Assembly: GCA_964496475.1 (NCBI GenBank)
Contig: CAZBZS010000004.1
Location: forward strand, 11,775-75,774
Origin: an uncultured Chloroflexota bacterium
Lineage (GTDB): Bacteria > Chloroflexota > UBA11872 > VXNJ01
Direction: 5' to 3'
DNA length: 64,000 nt
How positions within the stretch are numbered: the first letter of the stretch is position 1; every line of letters begins with the position of its first letter. Below are positions 56,035-63,599 of this stretch, one piece after another. The translations under genes were made by a program, and so were the position numbers. The notes beneath the pieces are model-generated. The model was given only the letters and a program-made list of their open reading frames with translations, was not told the origin of the DNA and searched no databases.

Positions 56035-58599
56035 ATGGGAACAATGATCTCCCCTCTGGTCGTGATCTGGGCACGGATTCCGCCTCGCGCCCGCGTTCTG
56101 ACCGGTTACGCTTTCCCGCTCTTGTTCCTCTACCGACGGCTTCTTTTCGAGGGCCAAACCTGGCTGGATTTCGACTTTCTCATTGATAATCGCGTCCGTT
56201 TCGAGATTTTGCAGGCCGGTCTGGTGGATAACCAGCTGCCGCTCTGGACCGACAGGTACCTGGGCGGCTTTCCCATTGCCTTTTCCGAATTCGGCTGGTT
56301 TTACCCTCCATCCTGGCTGTTCTTGCGCGTATTCCCGATGCCGCTCGCCTACCACGCCGAGGCCGCCCTGGGACTCCTCCTCGCCGCCGTCAGCACCTAT
56401 CTACTGGGTCGTGCTTGGGGGCTCAGTCGTTTGTCCGCCTACATCGGAGGCTATCTCTACGGCTTTGCTCCCTTTGTATTCGCGACTTCCCTTTTCATCA
56501 ACTTCGCCGACATCTTCTGGGTGCTCCCAGCGGCCATCCTCGCCATCGAGCGCGTATCTCAAGGGCTCCTCCGCTATTTATTCCTGCTAGCCCTCGCCGC
56601 CGCCGCCGCCATCCTCGCCGGGCATCCCCATCTCGCTGTCATCCTGGCCTTTGCCGCTGCGATTTATGCGGTATTTCGCTTGACTTGTACCTTTCGCGAT
56701 CGGGGCCCTAGCGCGGCGGCAAGGTTACTCGGCCTGCTGGTGTTCGCCTGTGGCATAGGCCTGATGCTGGGGGCCGTGCGGCTGCTGCCGACGCTCGCTC
56801 TGACCGGTGTGTCCACCCGGGCTGGCGGACTCGACCCAGCCACTGCGGCCGGCGGCTCCCTGCATCCGTTCCAGTTGCTCTTGGGCTATCTCTACCCCGC
56901 CTTCGATCTTCCCCTGGTCGCCGGCGGAATTCTGCGCGCGGAGCCGCTGTCCTATGCCGGTCTGCTAGCGCTGCCTCTGGCGTTCGGCGCGGTCATCTGG
57001 CGGGCCCGCGAAAGGCCCGTGGTCTTCCTTTTAGCCCTGCTGATCGTTAGCTGGTTACTCGCCTTCGGCGACCTGACGCCCGTCTACGGCCTCTTGCGCA
57101 GTCTGCCCGTGTTTGAGCTCTTCCGGGAGCCCGGCCGTTATCTACTGCCGGGCATTCTGGCGTTAGCCCTGCTGGCGGCTTTCGGACTTGATGCTCTGCG
57201 CGACCCGGCCGGTCGCCATGCAGTCTTCGCACGTCGAGTTGGAATCATTTTCGCCATCTATTCAGCAATTATGCTTGCCTTACTCATCGCCGGAACGGTG
57301 CTGCTGAAGAGCGGCGGCTCCATCGAGGAATTCGCCAACCGGGGAATCGACCGCTTCCTGGTCGGCGGTCGGAACGCCTACTTCAACGAGTCCGGCTGGC
57401 TGGGAGCGTTCGCGCTGGCGCGTGGTCGCTTGGAAGTCGCCTTCACTCTGGCCAGCTGGACTCCGGTGCTGGCCATCCTCACGACCGCCGCCGGGGCCGC
57501 AGTCCTGTGGCGTTACGGGATTGGACACCTGACGGCGCGAACACTGGTCGCCGCTCTTGCGGCCCTGCTCGTTTTCGATCTAACCCTCTCGATCGGCCAC
57601 GGTATCCCCACCCTTCCACCGAAGCTCGCCGAATCGACTCCGGCGGTCGCCGCCACCGTCGGCGAGCTGAGCGACAGTCGGGTGTTTTCCTATCGATCCC
57701 TGGCGGACAAGTCGGAACTGGGACTCGGCTCCGGTCGCGATCTGCCCCCGACGGAGCGCCGTCTGCTGGAATATCTCTTCGCCCGCGAACTGCTCACGCC
57801 AAATCTGCCCGGCCGCTACGGTCTGCGTTCGCTGGACGGCTACGAGAACCTCATGAGCCATCGGCAGGCCGAGGTACTGGCTTACCTCGGTAGCGAGCGC
57901 GCCGCCGCACCGGGATTCGCCCGCGACGATTCCCTTTCGGAGGGTGCTAAGGCCGATCTGTTGCGTCGGCGATTGCCGGTCCTCGGGGCTCTCGGCGTCA
58001 GCACGATCGTTGCCGGGACCGATCTGAGTGCGGCTCTCGGGCGCGCCGCCTCCTCCCACCGCGTGGACATCCCCTTCGATTGGGAACGACCCATCGTTTG
58101 GGTCTACGAATTACCCCCCGATCGGGGCGATTTCTACCTGACCGCCAATTGGCTTCGGGACGACCCGGCCATGTCCACCAGGCATGCGCTGGATCGTATC
58201 GTCTCCGATCCGGCATCGACCCTGTTGGACGGAGATCCAGGCTTCGCGCCGAACATCGACTCCGGAGCCACCATCCAAATCAAACGTCGTGCCCCGGGCG
58301 ACTGGAGCTTCACGGTCACCGGCGATCGGCGAACCGTGCTCGTCCTCAATCAGGCCGCGCTTCCCGGCTGGCGTGTGAGTCTCAACGGAGAATCAGCCCG
58401 GCTCCTGACGGCCAATCGCTTCGCGCTTGCCGTGGTCGTCCCGCCGGGACGGGTCGGGGTAGAGTTCACCTACGTGCCGCCACGATTTGGAACTGGCGTC
58501 GCCATCAGCCTGGCCGGGTTGGCGATAGGGCTGATGATGGGCCTGGCGGCGCTGATCGGGCCGCGGCTCCGCCTCCGCCGACCACCGGAGCACTACTGA
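56035..58599 (+). CDS. YfhO-family GT-C-type membrane protein
   Basis: 854 aa and highly polytopic. The N-terminal region ...LVDNQLPLWTDRYLGGFPIAFSEFGWFYPPSW resembles the YfhO signature. Large C-terminal extracytoplasmic domain. Confidence 0.78.
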   Translation: MGTMISPLVVIWARIPPRARVLTGYAFPLLFLYRRLLFEGQTWLDFDFLIDNRVRFEILQAGLVDNQLPLWTDRYLGGFPIAFSEFGWFYPPSWLFLRVFPMPLAYHAEAALGLLLAAVSTYLLGRAWGLSRLSAYIGGYLYGFAPFVFATSLFINFADIFWVLPAAILAIERVSQGLLRYLFLLALAAAAAILAGHPHLAVILAFAAAIYAVFRLTCTFRDRGPSAAARLLGLLVFACGIGLMLGAVRLLPTLALTGVSTRAGGLDPATAAGGSLHPFQLLLGYLYPAFDLPLVAGGILRAEPLSYAGLLALPLAFGAVIWRARERPVVFLLALLIVSWLLAFGDLTPVYGLLRSLPVFELFREPGRYLLPGILALALLAAFGLDALRDPAGRHAVFARRVGIIFAIYSAIMLALLIAGTVLLKSGGSIEEFANRGIDRFLVGGRNAYFNESGWLGAFALARGRLEVAFTLASWTPVLAILTTAAGAAVLWRYGIGHLTARTLVAALAALLVFDLTLSIGHGIPTLPPKLAESTPAVAATVGELSDSRVFSYRSLADKSELGLGSGRDLPPTERRLLEYLFARELLTPNLPGRYGLRSLDGYENLMSHRQAEVLAYLGSERAAAPGFARDDSLSEGAKADLLRRRLPVLGALGVSTIVAGTDLSAALGRAASSHRVDIPFDWERPIVWVYELPPDRGDFYLTANWLRDDPAMSTRHALDRIVSDPASTLLDGDPGFAPNIDSGATIQIKRRAPGDWSFTVTGDRRTVLVLNQAALPGWRVSLNGESARLLTANRFALAVVVPPGRVGVEFTYVPPRFGTGVAISLAGLAIGLMMGLAALIGPRLRLRRPPEHY

Positions 58600-59318
58600 T
58601 GCGCAAGATCTTCCTTCTGCTGCTGGCGCTGGCCGGACTCCTCGGGGCGACCCCGGTCGGCGGCGCCGACGATTGCCCTTTTACCGCCGTTCGATCCCAG
58701 CGTCGCCGTGAGAATGCTTCGGAGCCGCGCGATCCGCCTCGCCAATCTGGGCTACTTCGGACATATGTAGGATCTCTATGCGATGTAGACCTAGGTACCC
58801 CTCTTCCTGATTGAATTGGCCGTGGCCCAGGGTAGTCCGGTGTCCATGGGGAGCGTGATTGCGTTCTCGATAATCGCGGTTGGTGGGCTGGGCTGGGCTG
58901 CGCCGCCGCCGGAGCCCTGGCCGATCGATTGGGAAGGACGACGATTACTGTTGCGGCGATGACGGTCAGCGGAATGATGGCCGTTCTTACAGCCATCTTC
59001 CACACGGCTCCGCTTGCTGTTGGTGCAGAGATACTGCTTGTGTGGGGGTTCACAATCGTGGCCGATTCGGCGCAGTTCTCGGCGGCGGTCACGGAGCTGA
59101 GCGAGCCCGAGTATCTAGTCACCGCCCTCACTCTTCAGACCGCTCTCGGCTTCTCGCTCACCTTGGTCTCTATTCAGGTAGTGCCATTGATTGTTGATTT
59201 CGGGGGATGGGCCTGGGCGTTCGCAATGCTTGCTCTCGGTCCGGCATTTGGGGTCGTCGCCATACTCCGGCTCCGCTCGGCTCCCGAAGCTCGCAAGCTC
59301 GCCGGCGGGCGCGGCTGA
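58599..59318 (+). pseudogene. MFS transporter 3' remnant (TM6-12) with three TAG codons, two frameshifts and no N-terminal half
   Basis: ...FDPSVAVRMLRSRAIRLANLGYFGHM-TAG-DLYAM-TAG-T-TAG-VPLFL... (58768, 58786, 58792). There is a frame change near 58686-58690 and a second at a GGGCT x3 repeat. The last 129 aa (58929-59318) are intact. Confidence 0.7.
58885..58899 (+). repeat. (GGGCT)x3 pentanucleotide tandem repeat causing a +5 frameshift
   Basis: Read directly. With two units the reading VGGLGCAAAGALADRLGRTTITVAAM is restored. Confidence 0.85.
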
Positions 59319-59335
59319 CAGGTCCTCCGGCTCGG

Positions 59336-60121
59336 CTAATCGAACCCGACGGAGACGGTACCGAGACGGTCGAACTCGGCCACGAAAACGTCGCCCTTCA
59401 CGGCGAACGGAGCGCCGACCAGGGAACCCGACAGCACGATCTCGCCGGCCTGCAAGGTGATGTCGAACTCGGCCAGCTTGTTCGCTAGCCAGGCCACCGA
59501 TGCCGCCGGGTGCCCCAGCGCCTCGGCTCCGGTTCCGCTCCCTACAGCCCAACCGCTTTTCGAGAAGAGCACCCCGGTTAGCCGCAAGTCCATTTCGATA
59601 ACAGGCGTGATCGCCCCGCCCAGCACGATCCGGGCGCTGGAGCCGTTGTCGGCCACCGTGTCCTCCAGCTTAATCTTCCAGTCCCGCACTCTTGAATCCA
59701 AGATTTCCAGTGCCGGCATCACCCCGTCGGTTGCCGCGAGCACGTCGGCAACGGTCACTCCGGGCCCGGCCAGATCGTCACCCAGAATGAAGGCGATCTC
59801 GGCCTCGCAGCGCGGCTGCAGCAGCAAATCAATCGCCACCGGTTGTCCCGCCGGCACGATCATGTCGTCAAAGAGATGGCCGTAGTCCGGTTCATTCACC
59901 CCCAGAAGTTCCTGCATCGCCTTGCCGCTCAGGCCGATCTTCTTTCCTACAACCTTGCTGCCTTGCGCGATTCGGTGCTCGACGATTGCCAGCTGAATAC
60001 CGTAAGCGTCCTCGATGCTCAGGTCCGGGTAGCGTTCGGTGAGCGGATCGACTGGCGTGCGGGTCTCGCCTGCATCGATGAGTTCCCGGGCCAGTGCAGT
60101 CAGGTCAGGCGTTGCTGGCAT
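59336..60121 (-). CDS. 2-keto-4-pentenoate hydratase / 2-oxohepta-3-ene-1,7-dioate hydratase family
   Basis: The ATG at 60121 has AAGGAGG upstream. ...DAYGIQLAIVEHRIAQGSKVVGKKIGLS... is typical of the MhpD/HpcG family. Confidence 0.85.
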   Translation of the reverse strand: MPATPDLTALARELIDAGETRTPVDPLTERYPDLSIEDAYGIQLAIVEHRIAQGSKVVGKKIGLSGKAMQELLGVNEPDYGHLFDDMIVPAGQPVAIDLLLQPRCEAEIAFILGDDLAGPGVTVADVLAATDGVMPALEILDSRVRDWKIKLEDTVADNGSSARIVLGGAITPVIEMDLRLTGVLFSKSGWAVGSGTGAEALGHPAASVAWLANKLAEFDITLQAGEIVLSGSLVGAPFAVKGDVFVAEFDRLGTVSVGFD

Positions 60122-60257
60122 AGGGGTCCTCCTTCGAGCACTTTCCTGTTCCCACACAATATCCGGCGACGCCGCCGATCTTGGTGCCCAGGATGGCCAC
60201 TCCGACAGTCCAGAGAATGGCGACTACGGAAAGGCTACGCAAGCTCATCGCCTGCAT
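60105..60257 (-). CDS. candidate 50-aa single-TM protein
   Basis: MQAMSLRSLSVVAILWTVGVAILGTKIGGVAGYCVGTGKCSKEDPYASNA. CGGAG lies 7 nt upstream. Its stop overlaps the hydratase start region. Confidence 0.3.
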   Translation of the reverse strand: MQAMSLRSLSVVAILWTVGVAILGTKIGGVAGYCVGTGKCSKEDPYASNA

Positions 60258-60342
60258 TAGCTGACTCCGATCGTTGAGCTCGCTTTGCCCGGTTCGGCTG
60301 AACCTCGCCGGATGACCCGCCCAACCCGACAGTGGGAATTTA

Positions 60343-60936
60343 TCACGCGTCGGCCTTCTGCGGTACACGGCCTACGAGAACGTCGAAATCGGGGCTGAAA
60401 TCCAGCTTCTCCACCGTGAGCCCGGCGTGCTCCGTCGGGTCCAGCATCTGCTCGGCGGTGAGGCGCTCGCCGTCCGGGGGGCCGAGATCGGGATCGCCGC
60501 CCTTGCGCCAGTCGACCAGCGCCACTGTTCCTCCGGCTCGGGTAATACGGGTGAACTCGGTCAGGAGCCGGTCCCGATCGTCGATCTCGTGATAGACGAA
60601 GATGCACAGGGCCAGATCGACGCCGTTGTCGGGAAGGCCGGTTTTGCAGAGATCGGTCTGGTGAGGTTCTATGCGGGAGATGAGGCCCAGATCGCGGGCG
60701 CCATCGGCCAGGGTGCCGAGCATCTCCGGGGAATCGTCGACGACGAAGACGCAGCCTTCATCCCCGACCAGGGCAGCGAGCTGCAGAGCGAAGTAGCCGG
60801 GGCCACAGCCCAGATCGGCCACTTTCATGCTGGGCGCCACTTCCAGCGCGGCGAATAATTCGGCGGGACGGGTCCATTCGACTCGCTCAGGATTTAGCAG
60901 CATCGCCCGATTGCTGACATCAAAGTGCCTGCTCAT
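60343..60936 (-). CDS. class I SAM-dependent methyltransferase
   Basis: 197 aa. Motif I is KVADLGCGPGYFALQLA. There is an acidic motif II. Confidence 0.85.
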   Translation of the reverse strand: MSRHFDVSNRAMLLNPERVEWTRPAELFAALEVAPSMKVADLGCGPGYFALQLAALVGDEGCVFVVDDSPEMLGTLADGARDLGLISRIEPHQTDLCKTGLPDNGVDLALCIFVYHEIDDRDRLLTEFTRITRAGGTVALVDWRKGGDPDLGPPDGERLTAEQMLDPTEHAGLTVEKLDFSPDFDVLVGRVPQKADA

Positions 60937-61239
60937 TCGCAGACGGATCCCATTCGCTTCAGGTCAAAAGGCCCGGTTTGAGGTTCCAATATGGTCGATA
61001 GCTGATGCCCGTTTAGTAAGTCATTTCTTAATGTTGTTGCCCGGCGGGTGGGACCCGTCTGGCGGACCAGGCCGTGCCAGGACAGGGTCTAGTTTGGACC
61101 GGGAGATGGTGTGGGGTCGAGTGACGCCCGGCCTTGAACGGGACCGGCGTGGGGTGCATAGTACGCGAAGGGCGATCCCGGGGCGGCGCCCGTATCGATT
61201 TGTGAGTAGGCCCGGGAGCGGAAGGGCAGGCCGACGGAT

Positions 61240-62172
61240 ATGACAGGAGGGACACGGGTTGCGTATGTAAGTGGCGAGTTCGTGCCGGAGAGGGAGGCCA
61301 CGGTCTCGGTCTACGACGCGGGCATCCTGTACGGACAGATGGTTTTTGAGTTTTCTCGCACGTTCGGGATGAAGCCGTTTCGCATGGATCACCATCTGCG
61401 TCGTCTGTATGCGTCGATGAAGTACGCAGCGATCGATTCGGGCATGACGATTGAGGAGATGGACGCGGCGACGAATGAGACGCTGGCGCGCAACGCCCAT
61501 CTGCTGGATGACAGGGACGACTATGGCATCTGGCACAACGTTTCCAATGGCCCGAGCGCTTTTCACGCCGACGCCGTGCGGGGTGGAGACGGCCCGTCGG
61601 TTGTTATTAGCGTTTGGCCGATTTCGCGGACGAAGCCGGAGCAGTGGAAGTACTACGACACGGGAATCAACGCGGTAATCACGGCGCAGCGGTCAGTGCC
61701 GGCGCGGCTGATCGACCCGAAGGTGAAGAATCGCAGCCGGATGCACTACCGGATGGCAGACTTGCAGGCGGCAAAGGTCCGGGAGAATGCCTGGGCGCTG
61801 CTGACGGATGAGGACGGGTTCATAACGGAAGGCACGGGGGCGAACTTCATGATCGTGCGCGACGGGGAGCTCGTTTCGCCGGAACCGCGCAATACGCTGA
61901 GGGGGATCACCCGGGGGGCGATTATCGAGCTTGCGGGCGCTCAAGGCATTCCATTCATGGAGACCAACATCGACGCCTATGACGTCTATAACGCGGAGGA
62001 AGCGTTTTACTGCTCGACCTCGTACGTGATCATGCCGGTTGTTACGGTAGACGGTCATGAGATGGGGGACTCGATTCCGGGTCCGGTGACGCGACGGCTG
62101 ATAGATGCGTTTGCCGATGAGGCAGGGATTGATTTCGTGGCCCAGGGGAAGGCGCTGCAGAAGATCTCGTAG
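61240..62172 (+). CDS. class IV (fold-type IV) PLP aminotransferase (branched-chain / D-amino-acid aminotransferase-like)
   Basis: 310 aa. YVSGEFVPEREATVSVYDAGILYGQ N-terminus, and KVKNRSRMHY and EGTGANF regions. Confidence 0.85.
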   Translation: MTGGTRVAYVSGEFVPEREATVSVYDAGILYGQMVFEFSRTFGMKPFRMDHHLRRLYASMKYAAIDSGMTIEEMDAATNETLARNAHLLDDRDDYGIWHNVSNGPSAFHADAVRGGDGPSVVISVWPISRTKPEQWKYYDTGINAVITAQRSVPARLIDPKVKNRSRMHYRMADLQAAKVRENAWALLTDEDGFITEGTGANFMIVRDGELVSPEPRNTLRGITRGAIIELAGAQGIPFMETNIDAYDVYNAEEAFYCSTSYVIMPVVTVDGHEMGDSIPGPVTRRLIDAFADEAGIDFVAQGKALQKIS

Positions 62173-62178
62173 GCCAGC

Positions 62179-62207
62179 CACAGGCTGTTTTTCTGGCAGC
62201 GGGTGCG
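62179..62207 (+). repeat. copy B of the post-stop motif
   Basis: CACAGGCTGTTTTTCTGGCAGCGGGTGCG starts 7 nt after the aminotransferase stop. Confidence 0.6.
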
Positions 62208-62216
62208 TGTGGCAGA

Positions 62217-62247
62217 CACAGCCTGTTTCATCTAAAACAGCGGACGC
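62217..62247 (+). repeat. copy D of the post-stop motif (tandem to copy B)
   Basis: CACAGCCTGTTTCATCTAAAACAGCGGACGC. It can fold as CTGTTT-6 nt-AAACAG. Confidence 0.55.
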
Positions 62248-62554
62248 TATTCTAGGTAACAGGCAGGCGGCAGCAGTTACGGAGCCGGATTTCGTAACTT
62301 GTGTAACGTCGGCGTTACCCACGAGGCACTAGAACGTTTCTCCGGTTTTTTTGGGTTCGCGATTTGAGATACCGTTTTACAGGGATTAAGGGGGTGGTTG
62401 GAAGGGCAATTTCGCTGGGTTTTGTCCACAAGCGAGGTTGGTCCGGGGTGGCGGGAAGAGGCCGGGGTTAGTCTCTATGGAGTGGGGCGCGTAGACTGGC
62501 GGCGCGCAACAGAGAGCATCGATCCAGGGCGAGTATGAGGGTAGTAACGAGATA

Positions 62555-63454
62555 ATGATTTATGGGATGTGTCCGCCGGTGACGACGCCGTTCACTGAGG
62601 ATGGGGATGTCGACGAGGCGGTGTTTCGGGAAGAAATTCGTTTCATGATCGAAGAGGCCGAGGTGCATGGGGTGGCGGTGGGTGGAAGCACGGGCGAGGG
62701 GCACTCACTGTCGACGGCCGAGTTGCGGACGCTGGTCGGGGCGGCGGTGGAGGTGGCGGCGGGCCGGATTCCGGTGATCGCGGGAATAATCGTGGACAGC
62801 ACGCGGCTGGCGATCGAACGTGGTAAGGCTCTGTCGGACTTGGAGGTGGAGGCGCTGCAGGTGACGCCGGTGCATTATGCGTTCCAGCCAAGTCACGACG
62901 GCACGGTGGGCTTTTTCTCTGACATTGTGGATGGGACAGGCTATCCGGTGCTGATTTACAACGTGGTGGAGTGGAACTACCTGGAGGTGGCGTTGCTGGG
63001 GCGGCTCATGCGGGAGGTGGAGGGAGTGATCGGGGTGAAGCAGAGCGCGGGCGACTTCAAGCTGGTTGCCGATACGATGCTGGAGCTGCCAGAGGAATCA
63101 ATAATCATGAGCGCGGTGGACGCGCTGATGTATCCGTCGCTGGCGCTGGGCGTGGACGGAGCGATCTCGGCGACGGTAACGGTGGCGCCGACCAGTTACG
63201 TGGAGATGTGGGACGTGGTGAAGGCGGGAGATCATGTGCGGGGGCGGGAGTTGCACGAGATGCTGCTGCCGCTGTACAACGCGCTGGTCACGTCGGACAA
63301 CGGCGAACGAAACTTGCCGGCGGCGGTAAAGTACGGGATGGAGCGACAGGGCCGGCGGGCGGGTCACCCGCGAGCGCCGATGAATCCGCCGGGTCCGGGA
63401 CAACGGGAGTTGATCGATCGGGCGCTGGCGGGCGCGGGTCTGGTGGACGGATAG
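62555..63454 (+). CDS. DapA/NAL family class I aldolase (4-hydroxy-tetrahydrodipicolinate synthase-like)
   Basis: 299 aa. GVAVGGSTGEGHSLS, YNVV and the Schiff-base lysine in GVKQSAGD. Confidence 0.85.
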   Translation: MIYGMCPPVTTPFTEDGDVDEAVFREEIRFMIEEAEVHGVAVGGSTGEGHSLSTAELRTLVGAAVEVAAGRIPVIAGIIVDSTRLAIERGKALSDLEVEALQVTPVHYAFQPSHDGTVGFFSDIVDGTGYPVLIYNVVEWNYLEVALLGRLMREVEGVIGVKQSAGDFKLVADTMLELPEESIIMSAVDALMYPSLALGVDGAISATVTVAPTSYVEMWDVVKAGDHVRGRELHEMLLPLYNALVTSDNGERNLPAAVKYGMERQGRRAGHPRAPMNPPGPGQRELIDRALAGAGLVDG

Positions 63455-63473
63455 GTGGCAGCCACAGGCAGCC

Positions 63474-63502
63474 CATGGCTGTTTGATCTAGCAGCGGGCG
63501 CA
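63474..63502 (+). repeat. copy C of the post-stop motif
   Basis: CATGGCTGTTTGATCTAGCAGCGGGCGCA. It is preceded by GGCAGCCACAGGC, which matches the GCCAGCCACAGGC prefix of copy B. It begins just after the dapA-like stop. Confidence 0.6.
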
Positions 63503-63599
63503 AGTAGAGGAAAGGCGGGTGAGGGTCAGGTGCGGAGGGTGGCAATTCGCAGGGCACGGGTGTGATCGGGCGTCGCCAAGCGGAGAGAGGATTCGGAGG

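Noticed and set aside
62173-63510. Post-stop motifs as integron attC sites, implying that the aminotransferase and dapA-like genes are cassettes
   Set aside because: There is no IntI-type integrase or attI in the window. The motifs lack the RYYYAAC/GTTRRRY core pairs and the typical 60-130 nt imperfect palindrome. The Xer-type recombinase at 14876 looks chromosomal.
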